A model generated the notes under the pieces. It had not been told where the DNA came from, did not search any database, and saw nothing but the letters and a program-made list of their open reading frames with translations. Both the position numbers and the translations under genes were made by a program. A stretch of 64,000 nt of DNA from an uncultured delta proteobacterium (GTDB lineage Bacteria > Myxococcota_A > Polyangia > Fen-1088), in assembly GCA_963767925.1 (NCBI GenBank), contig CAVYGB010000008.1:704001-768000 (forward strand), read 5' to 3'. Positions 9,139-18,349 of this stretch are shown one piece after another. Each line of letters starts with the position of its first letter. Position 1 is the stretch's first letter.

Positions 9139-9912
9139 ATGTTGAGAAAAGTCCTTGGCACCGTCCTTCTGCTCTCTGTCGCGGGAGTGGCTTGCGACGA
9201 CGACGATCCGCCGCGTCCCCGCGATGCCAGCGCCGACTCCCGGCGCGACTCCGGAACCGACGCCCGCGACGGCGCCTCGGATCGCATGCCGGATACCCGC
9301 CTGCCGGACGCTGGCGCGGTCGATGCCCCTGCCGTCGACGCCCCCGCGGTCGACGCCCCCCCGGACACCGCCAGCGATCGCCCGGCCGACACCGCGGTGG
9401 ATGCGCCACCCGACACGGTCCCGGCCGACACCGCGCTGCCCGACACCGCGACTCCGGACACGGCACTCCCGGACACGGCGCTGCCCGACACCGCCCCGCC
9501 CGACACCGCTGCGCCGGACACGGCGATCGACACCCTCGCGCCCGACACGACGCCCGCCGATGCCCAGCCCTTCGAGCCGCTCAACGGGTGCACGGACGAG
9601 GCCGACTTCGAGGACGCGACCGACGAGGACCAGTTCTTCCTCGACTGGGCCAACGACTTCGCGGACCCGATCTGCATCAAGATCCGGGCCGGCACCGCGG
9701 TGGTCTGGGGCGTGGCCGACGGTCAGACCTTCGCCACCCTCCCGGTCGCGAAGTTCCCCGCGGCGCCGCCCAGCCCGATCACCGGCAAGAACACCGCCGA
9801 CGGCGAGCCCTACGAGGTCGAGTTTCCCAACCCCGGCACCTTCGGCTTCCACTGCCCACTGAACGCGGGAACGATGGAGACGATGGCCGGCGCCGTCTGG
9901 GTCGTTCCCTAG
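9139..9912 (+). CDS. Lipoprotein with Asp/Pro/Thr repeats and C-terminal cupredoxin-like domain
   Basis: GVAC lipobox; PDTAx repeats; C-terminal F..PGTFGFHC...M.GAVWV. Confidence 0.7.
   Translation: MLRKVLGTVLLLSVAGVACDDDDPPRPRDASADSRRDSGTDARDGASDRMPDTRLPDAGAVDAPAVDAPAVDAPPDTASDRPADTAVDAPPDTVPADTALPDTATPDTALPDTALPDTAPPDTAAPDTAIDTLAPDTTPADAQPFEPLNGCTDEADFEDATDEDQFFLDWANDFADPICIKIRAGTAVVWGVADGQTFATLPVAKFPAAPPSPITGKNTADGEPYEVEFPNPGTFGFHCPLNAGTMETMAGAVWVVP
9318..9560 (+). repeat. Degenerate 15-nt coding tandem repeat (VDAPA / PDTAx)
   Basis: Repeated gtcgacgcccc and cc(g/c)gacac(c/g)gc units. Confidence 0.7.
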
Positions 9913-9969
9913 GCAGCCGCTTGCAGAGAACAGCCGGGTCCCCGCGCTGTGCTCGGGCCCGGCCAGGCC

Positions 9970-11229
9970 TCAGCTTCTTCCGGGCGTGGGCCGGCTGGTG
10001 CTCCGGCTCGGCGCCCGGGGGATCAAGATCAGCGTCCCCGGCGTGACCTCGGTATCGTCGGTCACGCCGTTGAGGCGGCGCAGCCGATCGCGCACCAGCC
10101 GCCGGTCCTTGGCGATCCGGGCCAGGGTGTCGCCGGGGCGGACGCGCAGGGGCGCCACGTCGGTCATCCTCAGATCGGCCAGGCCGCGCGTGCGTTCGGG
10201 CGGCACCCGCACGAGGGCGGTGGGTCGGTCGGGCGGCGTGCGCTTGCGGAGGTAGGCAGGGTTCAGGGCGGCCAGCTCGTCGACCGAGACGCCCGCCCGG
10301 TTGGCGATGGCCTCGAAGGCGACACCGCCGGCGACCTCGACCTCGACCGACGGGCGCGGGGGATTGGGGTCGCCTTCCTCGAACCCGAAGGCCTTCCGGT
10401 TCCGCTCGACAACGCCGACCGCCATCACCTTCGGCACGTATTCGGTGGTCTCCCAGGGCAGGCCGGCCTCGAGCTGACAGAGGGTCCAGAAGTCGTTGGT
10501 GTTGAAGCGCAGCACCGAGGAGAGGACGGCGTGGAACCCGGCGTTGTAGCCGGCCAGGGCCAGCTCCCAGGTGCCGAAGCGGTGGTACAGATCGCCGAGG
10601 TAGATGGCCGCGGCGGCGGTGCTCTTGGCCAGATCGCGGCGCTCGTCGACCCAGAAGCTGACCTCCAGGCCGTAGCCGCGGGCCACGTCGGCCCGGAACT
10701 GCCAGAAGCCGCCGGCCCCCCGGTTGGAGAGCGCGGCCGACGAGAACCCACTCTCGATCATGGCGACGAAGATCAGGCCGCGGGGGAGCCCCTGGCGGGC
10801 CAGGGCCGCCTCCATGGGGATGCGGTGGCCGTCCAGGCGCCGCAGCCAGCCGCGCATGATGTCGCGGTAGCGGGGATCGGACTTGTAGAGCAAGAGGTAC
10901 CGCGTGGTCTTGGGATACCAGCGCAGCGGCACGTCGGGGCGCTCGAAGCCGCGCATCCAGGCGGGCTTGTCCTCCTCGGGCACCTCGCCCTTGCTCGGGC
11001 GGGCGGGTGCGGGCGGCGGCGCCGTCGCCTCGGGGGGCGGCTCGGGCGGCTCCGGCTCGACCGGGGGGGCGGTCCAGCCCTGCTCGGTGGGGGGAGGGTC
11101 GGGAGGCGGCTCGGCGGCCGGGCGGATCCGCAGCAGGGTGCCGCACGCCGCGGTGGCCAGGACGACCAGGACGACGGCCACCCGGGGGCCGTGCCGACGG
11201 GCAGGGCGGAGGGGCACGGGGCGCGACAC
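9970..11229 (-). CDS. Lytic transglycosylase, MltD-like (SLT + LysM)
   Basis: AMIESGF, GAGGFWQF, DERRD, ALAGYNAG, ET.EYVPK, LysM VRPGDTLARIA. Confidence 0.9.
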   Translation of the reverse strand: MSRPVPLRPARRHGPRVAVVLVVLATAACGTLLRIRPAAEPPPDPPPTEQGWTAPPVEPEPPEPPPEATAPPPAPARPSKGEVPEEDKPAWMRGFERPDVPLRWYPKTTRYLLLYKSDPRYRDIMRGWLRRLDGHRIPMEAALARQGLPRGLIFVAMIESGFSSAALSNRGAGGFWQFRADVARGYGLEVSFWVDERRDLAKSTAAAAIYLGDLYHRFGTWELALAGYNAGFHAVLSSVLRFNTNDFWTLCQLEAGLPWETTEYVPKVMAVGVVERNRKAFGFEEGDPNPPRPSVEVEVAGGVAFEAIANRAGVSVDELAALNPAYLRKRTPPDRPTALVRVPPERTRGLADLRMTDVAPLRVRPGDTLARIAKDRRLVRDRLRRLNGVTDDTEVTPGTLILIPRAPSRSTSRPTPGRS

Positions 11230-11261
11230 GGTCCTACCGGTGTACCATGCTCGCACCGTCC

Positions 11262-12599
11262 ATGGACCCCGCACTTGTCGACCTGCTCGCCTGCCCGCGC
11301 TGTCGGGCCGACCTCCAGATCTCGGCCTCGGGGGCCGAATGCCGCGGCTGTCAAACCGAGTTCCCCGAGCCGGGTGGCGTCCTCTGCCTGATGTCCGAGC
11401 CGACCCGGGCGCTCGATGGGTGGCGCCGCGAAGCGCAGCGCCTTGTCGAGCTGATCGAGGAGAGCGTGGCGGCGATGGACGAGCAGCGCAAGCGCGTCGA
11501 CCTCCTGCCCAGCACGCGCAAGCGCCTCGACGACCTGCGCGCCGCCCACGCGGAGAACGCCCGGCGGGTGGGGGAGATGTTCCGCGCCGCCGGCCTGGCG
11601 CCGGACGCCCGCAGCAAGGCCACCGGCAGCGAGTTCTCCTTGATCGAATATTACGAGCAGGTCCTGCGCGACTGGGCCTGGGACGCCACCGGCGGCAAGG
11701 AGAACGCCCGGGCGCTCGAGCTGGTCGCGGCGACCCTGGGCCCGGACACGAAGCTCGGCCGCACCCTGGTGCTGGGCGCGGGGCCCGCCCGCCTGGCCCA
11801 CGACCTGCACACCCGGTTCTCGGCCCCGCTCACGGTGGCCCTCGATCTCAACCCCTTCCTGCTGCTCTCGGCGCGACAGGTGCTGTTCGGTGGCGGGCTG
11901 AAGCTCTACGAATTCCCCTCCGACCCGACCGGGATCGCCACCACCCACGTCGATCACGAGCTGCGCGCGCCCGGTCCACCGCCGGCGGGGTTTCACCTCG
12001 TGCTGGCCGACGCCTTCGCCGCCCCTTTCAAGCCGGGCTCCTTCGACACCGTCGTCACCCCCTGGTTCATCGACATCGTGCCGCGGGACCTGCGCGAGAC
12101 CATCCCCCTCATTCACCGGCTGCTGGCGCCGGGCGGGCGCTGGCTGAACTACGGCCCGCTCAGCTACCCCAAGGAGACCCCCCACGCCCAGCGCTACAGC
12201 TTCGAGGAGCTGTACGAGCTGATCCGTCTCGGCGGGTTCGAGCTGGGCCCCACCACCCTCACGACCATCGACTACATGCACTCGCGCGCCATGGCCCGGG
12301 CCCGGACCGCCGACGTGTTGACCTTCGCCGCCCGCCGGCAGGAGGCCAGCGCCGCGCCCGGCGGTGACCCGCCGGCCTGGTTGCTGCTGGGGCACCTGCC
12401 GATCGAGCGCTTCTCCGGGCTCGACCGCTACAAGCCGGAGCACCCCATGCTGGGGTACCTGGCCGGCCTCATCGACGGCCGCCGCACCCTGGAGGATCTC
12501 GCCGCCCGGATGATCGAGGACCACGGCGCCCGTCCCGACGCCGCCCTGGGGGGCACCCGGGCCGCGTTAGCCCTCCTGTGGCAGACCGCCCGCGGCTAG
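11262..12599 (+). CDS. Class I SAM methyltransferase, carnosine N-methyltransferase (N2227)-like, with N-terminal Zn ribbon
   Basis: LLACPRC..CRGC; LRDWAW; VLGAGPARLA; FDTVVTPWFID; WLNYGPL. Confidence 0.75.
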   Translation: MDPALVDLLACPRCRADLQISASGAECRGCQTEFPEPGGVLCLMSEPTRALDGWRREAQRLVELIEESVAAMDEQRKRVDLLPSTRKRLDDLRAAHAENARRVGEMFRAAGLAPDARSKATGSEFSLIEYYEQVLRDWAWDATGGKENARALELVAATLGPDTKLGRTLVLGAGPARLAHDLHTRFSAPLTVALDLNPFLLLSARQVLFGGGLKLYEFPSDPTGIATTHVDHELRAPGPPPAGFHLVLADAFAAPFKPGSFDTVVTPWFIDIVPRDLRETIPLIHRLLAPGGRWLNYGPLSYPKETPHAQRYSFEELYELIRLGGFELGPTTLTTIDYMHSRAMARARTADVLTFAARRQEASAAPGGDPPAWLLLGHLPIERFSGLDRYKPEHPMLGYLAGLIDGRRTLEDLAARMIEDHGARPDAALGGTRAALALLWQTARG

Positions 12600-13943
12600 G
12601 GCATCGGCGGCGCGGCGCCGGCGGTGCCAGGCGCGCAGGATGACGATGAGGGTGGCCGAGGTGGCGGAGGTGGCGGCCAGGAACAGGATGCCGCCCTTGA
12701 AAGAACCGCTGGCCTTCTCGATCTCGCCGAGCGCGAAGGGCCCCACGAAGCCGCCGAGGTTGGCGATGGCGTTGATGAGCCCGATGCTGCCGGCCGCCGC
12801 CGTGCCCTGGAGGAACAGCCGCGGCAACGCGTAGAAGGGGGCCAGGTAGCTGCGGATGCCGGCCAGCGCGATCGCGAAGCAGACCAGCGACAGCACCAGG
12901 CTCCCCTGCGACAGGGGCGTGAGCAGGAGGGCGGCCGCCCCCGCGTACATCGGCACGGCGGTGTGCCACCAGCGCTCCTTGGTCCGGTCGGAGCTCCAGC
13001 TCACCCCGATCTGGCCGAGCAACATGGCCACGAAGGGGAGCATGACCAGCCAGGTGATCGACCCGAGGCGCAGCCCGTACCACTGCTGCAAGATGGTGGG
13101 GAGGAAGAACTCCACCCCGTAGTGGCCGCACACGATGAAGAAGTTGGCCGCGGCCAGCATGAGCACCCAGGGGCTGCGCATCGCCTGCAGCACGCCGAGG
13201 TGCACCACCTTGCCCGCCAGCGCGGCCCGCTCCCGGGCCAGCTCCCCCTCGAGGGCCTCCTTCTCCTCGGCGGTGAGCCAGCGGGCCTGGCTGGGCCGGT
13301 CGACGAGGCGGAACAGCACCACCACCCCCAGCACCACCGCCGGGATCCCCCAGGCGATGTACACCAGCTGCCAGCCTTGCAGCCCCCACAGCGCGGGCAT
13401 CGTCACCGCCACGCCATCGATCACCTCGGTGGTGCCGAGGCGCAGGAGGGGATAAGAGAGGCGAGGGCTCACGATCTGGGCCACCGGCGCGGCGATGATG
13501 AAGAAGGCCAGCGCCCGGGCCCGATCCCGGTCGGGGAACCAGTGGTTGAGGTAGACGATGACCGCCGGGAAAAATCCCCCCTCGGCCAGCCCCAGCAGCA
13601 GGCGCATCAGGTAAAACTGCCCCGGCGTCTTCACCGCCGCGTTGAGGGCGGCGATGATCCCCCAGGTGATCATGATGCGGCTGATCCACTTTCGCGCGCT
13701 CCAGCGCTCGACGATGATCGGCCCCGGGATCTCGGGCAGGAAATAGCCGATGAAGAAGATCCCGGCCGCCCGGGCGAAGACCGCGTTGTCGAAGCCCAGG
13801 TCGGTCGCCATCGTGAGCTTGGCGATCGCCACGTTCGAACGGTCGATGTAGGCGATCACGTACGACAGAAAGACCAGCGGGATCAGGCGCCGGTACGCCT
13901 TGTGGCGGGCCCGATCGAGCGCGGAGAGGGCGGCTTGTCGCAC
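12567..13943 (-). CDS. MFS transporter, anion:cation symporter (tartrate/TtuB-like)
   Basis: RRLIP...AYIDRSN, GLAEGGFFP, WFP..RARA, GLINAIANLGGFVGP. Confidence 0.9.
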   Translation of the reverse strand: MRQAALSALDRARHKAYRRLIPLVFLSYVIAYIDRSNVAIAKLTMATDLGFDNAVFARAAGIFFIGYFLPEIPGPIIVERWSARKWISRIMITWGIIAALNAAVKTPGQFYLMRLLLGLAEGGFFPAVIVYLNHWFPDRDRARALAFFIIAAPVAQIVSPRLSYPLLRLGTTEVIDGVAVTMPALWGLQGWQLVYIAWGIPAVVLGVVVLFRLVDRPSQARWLTAEEKEALEGELARERAALAGKVVHLGVLQAMRSPWVLMLAAANFFIVCGHYGVEFFLPTILQQWYGLRLGSITWLVMLPFVAMLLGQIGVSWSSDRTKERWWHTAVPMYAGAAALLLTPLSQGSLVLSLVCFAIALAGIRSYLAPFYALPRLFLQGTAAAGSIGLINAIANLGGFVGPFALGEIEKASGSFKGGILFLAATSATSATLIVILRAWHRRRRAADALAAGGLPQEG

Positions 13944-14074
13944 GCGGCGTCGCCACCTTAACACGCCGCCCGGCGCGCGCGGCAAGGCCCGCTGCAAACT
14001 TTGCGTCAATCCGTTCGTGCGCGCAGCCGAGTTTCATCAACACTTTTGATTCCCTCGTTGGTTGGTTTCCTCGT

Positions 14075-15559
14075 TTGATTGAACGTCCGTTACAACGAAA
14101 GCGCCGCCCGGCGAGCGAACGCCCCGGCCGCGGCCTCAGCCGGCGCGCGGCGCTCGAGCGGTTCGGGGTGTTGCTCGGCTCGGCCCTGGTGCCCGCCAGC
14201 TCCTGCGGCCTCGGTCCCCAGGTTTGCACCGGGGAGCCCCCCGCCCCGGCGGCGCCGCTGGGCCCCCGCGACGTCGAGGCCCGAGCGCTGCTCGACCACC
14301 TCGACACCTTCGTGGTCGTGATGCTGGAGAACCGCTCCTTCGATCACTTCCTGGGTGGCCTCCGCCTGGACCGGCGCTACCCCGGGGTCGGGGCGATCAA
14401 CGGCCTCACCGGCCGGGAGGCCAACCTGGACGGGGAGGGGCGGCTAATCCGGGTGACGCGCATGCCGGGCGACGGCCGGGGGGCCTTCATCCCGGCCCAC
14501 GACTGGTCGCGGGTGCTCGAGACCTTCAACAGGGGCAAGAATGACCGCTTCGTCGCGGTCAACCAGGGCCCCTTCGAGGCCGAGGTGATGACCTACCTCG
14601 CCCGCGATCAGCTCCCCTATTTTCACGCGCTCGCGGATCGCTTCACGGTCTTCGATCGCTGGTTCGCCTCCTACATGGGACAGACCTGGCCCAACCGCTA
14701 TTACCTGCAGGCCACCACCTCGGCCGGGCGCCGGGTCAACCGGCCGCTGGGCCCGTCCGCGCCGTTGAGCATCTGGGAGCGCATGGCCGAGCGCTGCCAC
14801 AGCACGCGCAACTACGCCGCCGGCAAGGTGCTGTGGTATTCGGTGGCCTTTCCCACCCGGCTGTTCTCGGGCGAGAGCGCGGTGGTGCCGGGGCAGATCG
14901 AGGACTTCTTCCAGGACGCCCGCAGCGGCAATCTACCGAGCTTCTCGATCATCGATCCCGACTTCACCGTCAACGACGCCTACCCGATGCGGAGCCTGGC
15001 CCTGTGCGAGGCCTTCGTGGCCAGCATCGTGCGGGCTCTGGCCGAGAGCCCGCAGTGGGGCCGCTCGCTGCTGCTGATCCTGTTCGACGAGCACGGGGGC
15101 TACTACGACCACGTCCCCCCACCGCTGGCCGTCGACCCGCGGCCCGACTTCCGCCAGCTCGGCTTCCGGGTGCCGGCCCTGGCGGTGGGACCCACCGTGG
15201 GCCGGGGACGGGTGGTCTCCACCCAGCTCGAGCACGTGTCGGTGGCGGCCACCTTGCGCGCGCGCTTCGGCATCGAGACCCTCTCGCCGCGCATGGACGC
15301 CACCTGCGACGTCTCGGATTGCATCGATCCCGCCCGGATCCTCGACCCCACCCCGCCGCCGCGTGACCTTCCGCTGGTGGATCTGGCGCCCGTCGCCCGC
15401 ATCGCCGCCGAGTGCGCCAGCAGCCAGGCGGAGATCGACGAGGCCCTGCGGGCCGGCCAGGTGCGCCCCGACCTGGTGGACCCGCGCAGCGATCACGACC
15501 GGATCGCGAGCTGGCTGCGCCGGGCCCAGGAGCTGGAGGCGGTGCGGATCCGCGGATGA
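14075..15559 (+). CDS. Phosphoesterase family (phospholipase C / acid phosphatase), probable Tat lipoprotein
   Basis: SRRAAL signal; MLENRSFDH, TWPNR, FDEHGGYYDHVPPP, GFRVP. Confidence 0.85.
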   Translation: MIERPLQRKRRPASERPGRGLSRRAALERFGVLLGSALVPASSCGLGPQVCTGEPPAPAAPLGPRDVEARALLDHLDTFVVVMLENRSFDHFLGGLRLDRRYPGVGAINGLTGREANLDGEGRLIRVTRMPGDGRGAFIPAHDWSRVLETFNRGKNDRFVAVNQGPFEAEVMTYLARDQLPYFHALADRFTVFDRWFASYMGQTWPNRYYLQATTSAGRRVNRPLGPSAPLSIWERMAERCHSTRNYAAGKVLWYSVAFPTRLFSGESAVVPGQIEDFFQDARSGNLPSFSIIDPDFTVNDAYPMRSLALCEAFVASIVRALAESPQWGRSLLLILFDEHGGYYDHVPPPLAVDPRPDFRQLGFRVPALAVGPTVGRGRVVSTQLEHVSVAATLRARFGIETLSPRMDATCDVSDCIDPARILDPTPPPRDLPLVDLAPVARIAAECASSQAEIDEALRAGQVRPDLVDPRSDHDRIASWLRRAQELEAVRIRG

Positions 15560-16332
15560 GGCCCCGCGCTTCGATCCTGGCGGGCCTGGTGGCCCTCGTC
15601 GCCCTGGCCGCGCTCCTGCCGGCTCGGGCGGCCCGGGCCGAGGGGACGTCGCTGCTGGCGCCGGCGCTGCAGCGGGGCATGACCCGGGTGCGGGCCACGG
15701 TGCGCCCGTTCCTCAGCGTGTTCGGAAAAGGGGCCGGCACCGTCGTCGATCTCGCGGTCGATCACTACCTGGCCGCGCCGGTCCGCCTGTCGCTCGAGCT
15801 GGCCCCGCTGGCCCTGGCCGCGGACGGAGAGGGGACCGGGGCCATCGGCCACTTCCGGATCGCCGCCGCCTACGCGGGCGACTACATCGAGCTCGGCGGG
15901 GCGGCGGGCAGCCGCGTGCAGAACTACGGCGGCGACGGGATCTCCCTGGCGGCCTTCCTGCGCCTCGGCGCTCTCGACGGCCTCAACTTCACCTTCACCA
16001 ACGGCTACGTCTGGAAGCGCAACCGCTACACCGGCCGGCCGACGCTGGGGCTGGCCAGCGGCCAGGGGACCTTGCAGATCCCCCTCTCGCGGCGGTTCGC
16101 CCTGGTCACCGAGGGGGCCTTCAGCACCGACCACTGGCTGTACGCCACCGCCGGCCTCCGCCACCGCCTCTCGGGCGAGGGGGCCGCCGGCACCTGGTTC
16201 CTGTCCGGGGCGCTCGGGCTGGCCTGGGTCGTCGACCGAGCCGACTGCGTCCACCCTGGCACGGGCTGGTGCACCGGCTCGGCCTGGGCCGCGGGCCCGA
16301 CCGTCGCGTTCGGTCTGGAACGCCGCTTCTGA
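15556..16332 (+). CDS. Secreted probable outer-membrane beta-barrel protein
   Basis: Signal peptide, beta strands, terminal Phe; ATGA overlap. Confidence 0.6.
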   Translation: MRPRASILAGLVALVALAALLPARAARAEGTSLLAPALQRGMTRVRATVRPFLSVFGKGAGTVVDLAVDHYLAAPVRLSLELAPLALAADGEGTGAIGHFRIAAAYAGDYIELGGAAGSRVQNYGGDGISLAAFLRLGALDGLNFTFTNGYVWKRNRYTGRPTLGLASGQGTLQIPLSRRFALVTEGAFSTDHWLYATAGLRHRLSGEGAAGTWFLSGALGLAWVVDRADCVHPGTGWCTGSAWAAGPTVAFGLERRF

Positions 16333-16545
16333 GCGGGCGCCGGCTCGCTTGATCGGGGCCGGCTTCCGGAACGAGACCGGCAGCTCCCGCCGCCTGATCG
16401 GCGACTTCGTCGGGGGCGCCGCGCTGCCGCCAGGGCTGAATTCGGAAGGCGCGGTACTGGGTTCGGAGCATCGGGGGCAAACCCGCTGCCAGGGGCGGGC
16501 ACCGGACCCACAGTGCATCCGAACAGGAAGGGGAGGACATCCGGT

Positions 16546-17097
16546 ATGGACGTTGGCAACACGACCGAGGGCAGGACAAGGCAGGCGTTGTGGGGTGGAA
16601 CCGTCGCGGGGCTGATCGGCGGCGTCGCCCTGGCGGCGTTCAATCTGGCGGTGGAAGCCGCGCGTGGCGGGGACCTGTGGGCCGGGCTGAAGCTTGCCGC
16701 CTTCCCTTTCCTGCGCGACCGGGCGCTGGCCCCGGGCTTCGACCTGGGCGCGATCCTGCAGGGGGCCACCACCCACCTCGGCATCTCGGTCATCTGCGGC
16801 GTGCTGTTCGGCCTGATCGCCTTCGGCATGTCCCGTCCGGCCACGGTGTCCCTCGGGATCCTCTGGGGCGCGGTGGTGTGGATGGCGATGCTCTTCGTCG
16901 TGTTGCCGCTGGCCTCGGCCGGGATGCTCATGCGGGGCGCGCCGACCCTGCTGGCTCTCGGCCAGCACCTGCTGTTCGGGCTGGCGGTGGGCCTGGGGTT
17001 CTTGCCCTATCAACGGCCCACCTTCCGCCGGACGGTCTGGGCCCAGTACGTGACCAACGTGTCGGTGCCCGTGCCCCGGACCCAGGAGCCGGCCTGA
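16546..17097 (+). CDS. 4-TM membrane protein, hypothetical
   Basis: G..AGLIGG, H..ISV..G.LFG, HLLFG; GGAGG Shine-Dalgarno upstream. Confidence 0.7.
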   Translation: MDVGNTTEGRTRQALWGGTVAGLIGGVALAAFNLAVEAARGGDLWAGLKLAAFPFLRDRALAPGFDLGAILQGATTHLGISVICGVLFGLIAFGMSRPATVSLGILWGAVVWMAMLFVVLPLASAGMLMRGAPTLLALGQHLLFGLAVGLGFLPYQRPTFRRTVWAQYVTNVSVPVPRTQEPA

Positions 17098-17144
17098 GGG
17101 CCGGCCCGGTTTCCCGGGCCCGACCGCGACCGTATACTCCTGGC

Positions 17145-18146
17145 GTGCCACCACGCAAAGGCAAGCCCAGTGGAACGCCCCGCAAGCGCAAGGGGGTCAA
17201 GCTCAAGCCGACCGACCTGGGTCCTCGGGCCCTCGCCCTCGAAGATCCGAGCCCCGAGCTGAAGGCCCTCGCCGCCCAGGTGGAGTCGGACGGCGGGGCC
17301 GTGCTGGCCATCTACCGCGAGCCCCTCGGGGGCCACGCCTTGCTCCTCGTGGCCCTGCCCATCGATGAGGTGGTCCCTACCCCGTTCCAGCGGGACATCT
17401 CCGACGCCCACGTGCGCCGCCTGACCCAGGCGATGGACAAGACGAAGCGGTTCCTCGATCCGGTCATCGCCGTGCGGGAGGAGCGCGGGCGCGACGGGAA
17501 AGACGGAGAGAAGGGCCGCTACTGGATCCCCAACGGGTACCACCGGCTGACCGCCCTCAAGGAGCTCGGCGCCAAGAGCCTGCTCGCGCTGCTGGTCCCC
17601 GAGCCCGAGGTTGCCTACCAGATCCTCGCCCTCAACATCGAGAAGGCTCACAACCTGCGGGAGAAGGCCCTCGGCGTGGTGCGGATGTACCGCGACCTCA
17701 TCGAGTCCGGCAGCAAGACCAGCGAGGAGGACCGCGCGCTCGAGTTCGAGGAGCCGGCCCTGGCCACCCTCGGCTTCGCCTACGAGAAGCGCCCCCGCCT
17801 GTCCGGCGGCGCCTACCACCCGGTCCTGCGCAAGGTCGACGTCTGGATCGACGGCACCCTGGCCAGGTCGGTGGATGACCGCGAGGGCCGCGCCGACGCC
17901 CTGCTGGCCCTCGACGACGCTGTCAACGACGCCATCGCCGGCCTGAAGGAGCGGGGCTTCAACAGCCCCTACCTGCGCGCCTTCGTCGTCGCCCGGATCA
18001 ACCCGCTGCGCTTCATGAAGGGCAAGGCGCCCCCCCTCGACGAGCTGCTGGCCGGCATGACCAAACGCGCCCGGGGCATGGACCTCGGCCGCATCAAGCC
18101 CGCCGACGTCGCCCGCACCGGCGGCCCCCCCGAGGCCACCGAATGA
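17145..18146 (+). CDS. ParB N-terminal (ParB/Srx) domain protein
   Basis: PTPFQRD, FLDPVI, PNGYHRL.AL, LN.EKAHNL; TATACT 6 nt before the GTG. Confidence 0.8.
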   Translation: MPPRKGKPSGTPRKRKGVKLKPTDLGPRALALEDPSPELKALAAQVESDGGAVLAIYREPLGGHALLLVALPIDEVVPTPFQRDISDAHVRRLTQAMDKTKRFLDPVIAVREERGRDGKDGEKGRYWIPNGYHRLTALKELGAKSLLALLVPEPEVAYQILALNIEKAHNLREKALGVVRMYRDLIESGSKTSEEDRALEFEEPALATLGFAYEKRPRLSGGAYHPVLRKVDVWIDGTLARSVDDREGRADALLALDDAVNDAIAGLKERGFNSPYLRAFVVARINPLRFMKGKAPPLDELLAGMTKRARGMDLGRIKPADVARTGGPPEATE

Positions 18147-18162
18147 GGCCCCTCTCGCCCTG

Positions 18163-18182
18163 ACCCCCGGAGAAGGGGGTTT

Positions 18183-18183
<1 letters not shown>
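18163..18183 (+). terminator. Intrinsic terminator-like hairpin between convergent parB-like gene and tRNA
   Basis: ACCCCC-GGAGAA-GGGGGT followed by TTT. Confidence 0.45.
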
Positions 18184-18258
<75 letters not shown>

Positions 18259-18289
18259 GTGCCACCCGCCTTGCGACGAGTGGGGGCGA

Positions 18290-18317
18290 AGTCTACTTAT
18301 TCGGCCGGGGTTTGCAA
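18290..18317 (-). promoter_or_regulatory. sigma70-type promoter for the tRNA
   Basis: TTGCAA-N16-TAGACT on the minus strand. Confidence 0.55.
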
Positions 18318-18349
18318 AGGCGAAACGGCCTTGCTCTGATGGGTGGGCG

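Noticed and set aside
9318..9560. CRISPR-like repeat array
   Set aside because: Degenerate in-frame coding repeats, no spacers and no cas genes
14036..14050. ATCAA-N5-TTGAT as an FNR box
   Set aside because: Half-sites are in the reverse order and wrong spacing compared with TTGAT-N4-ATCAA
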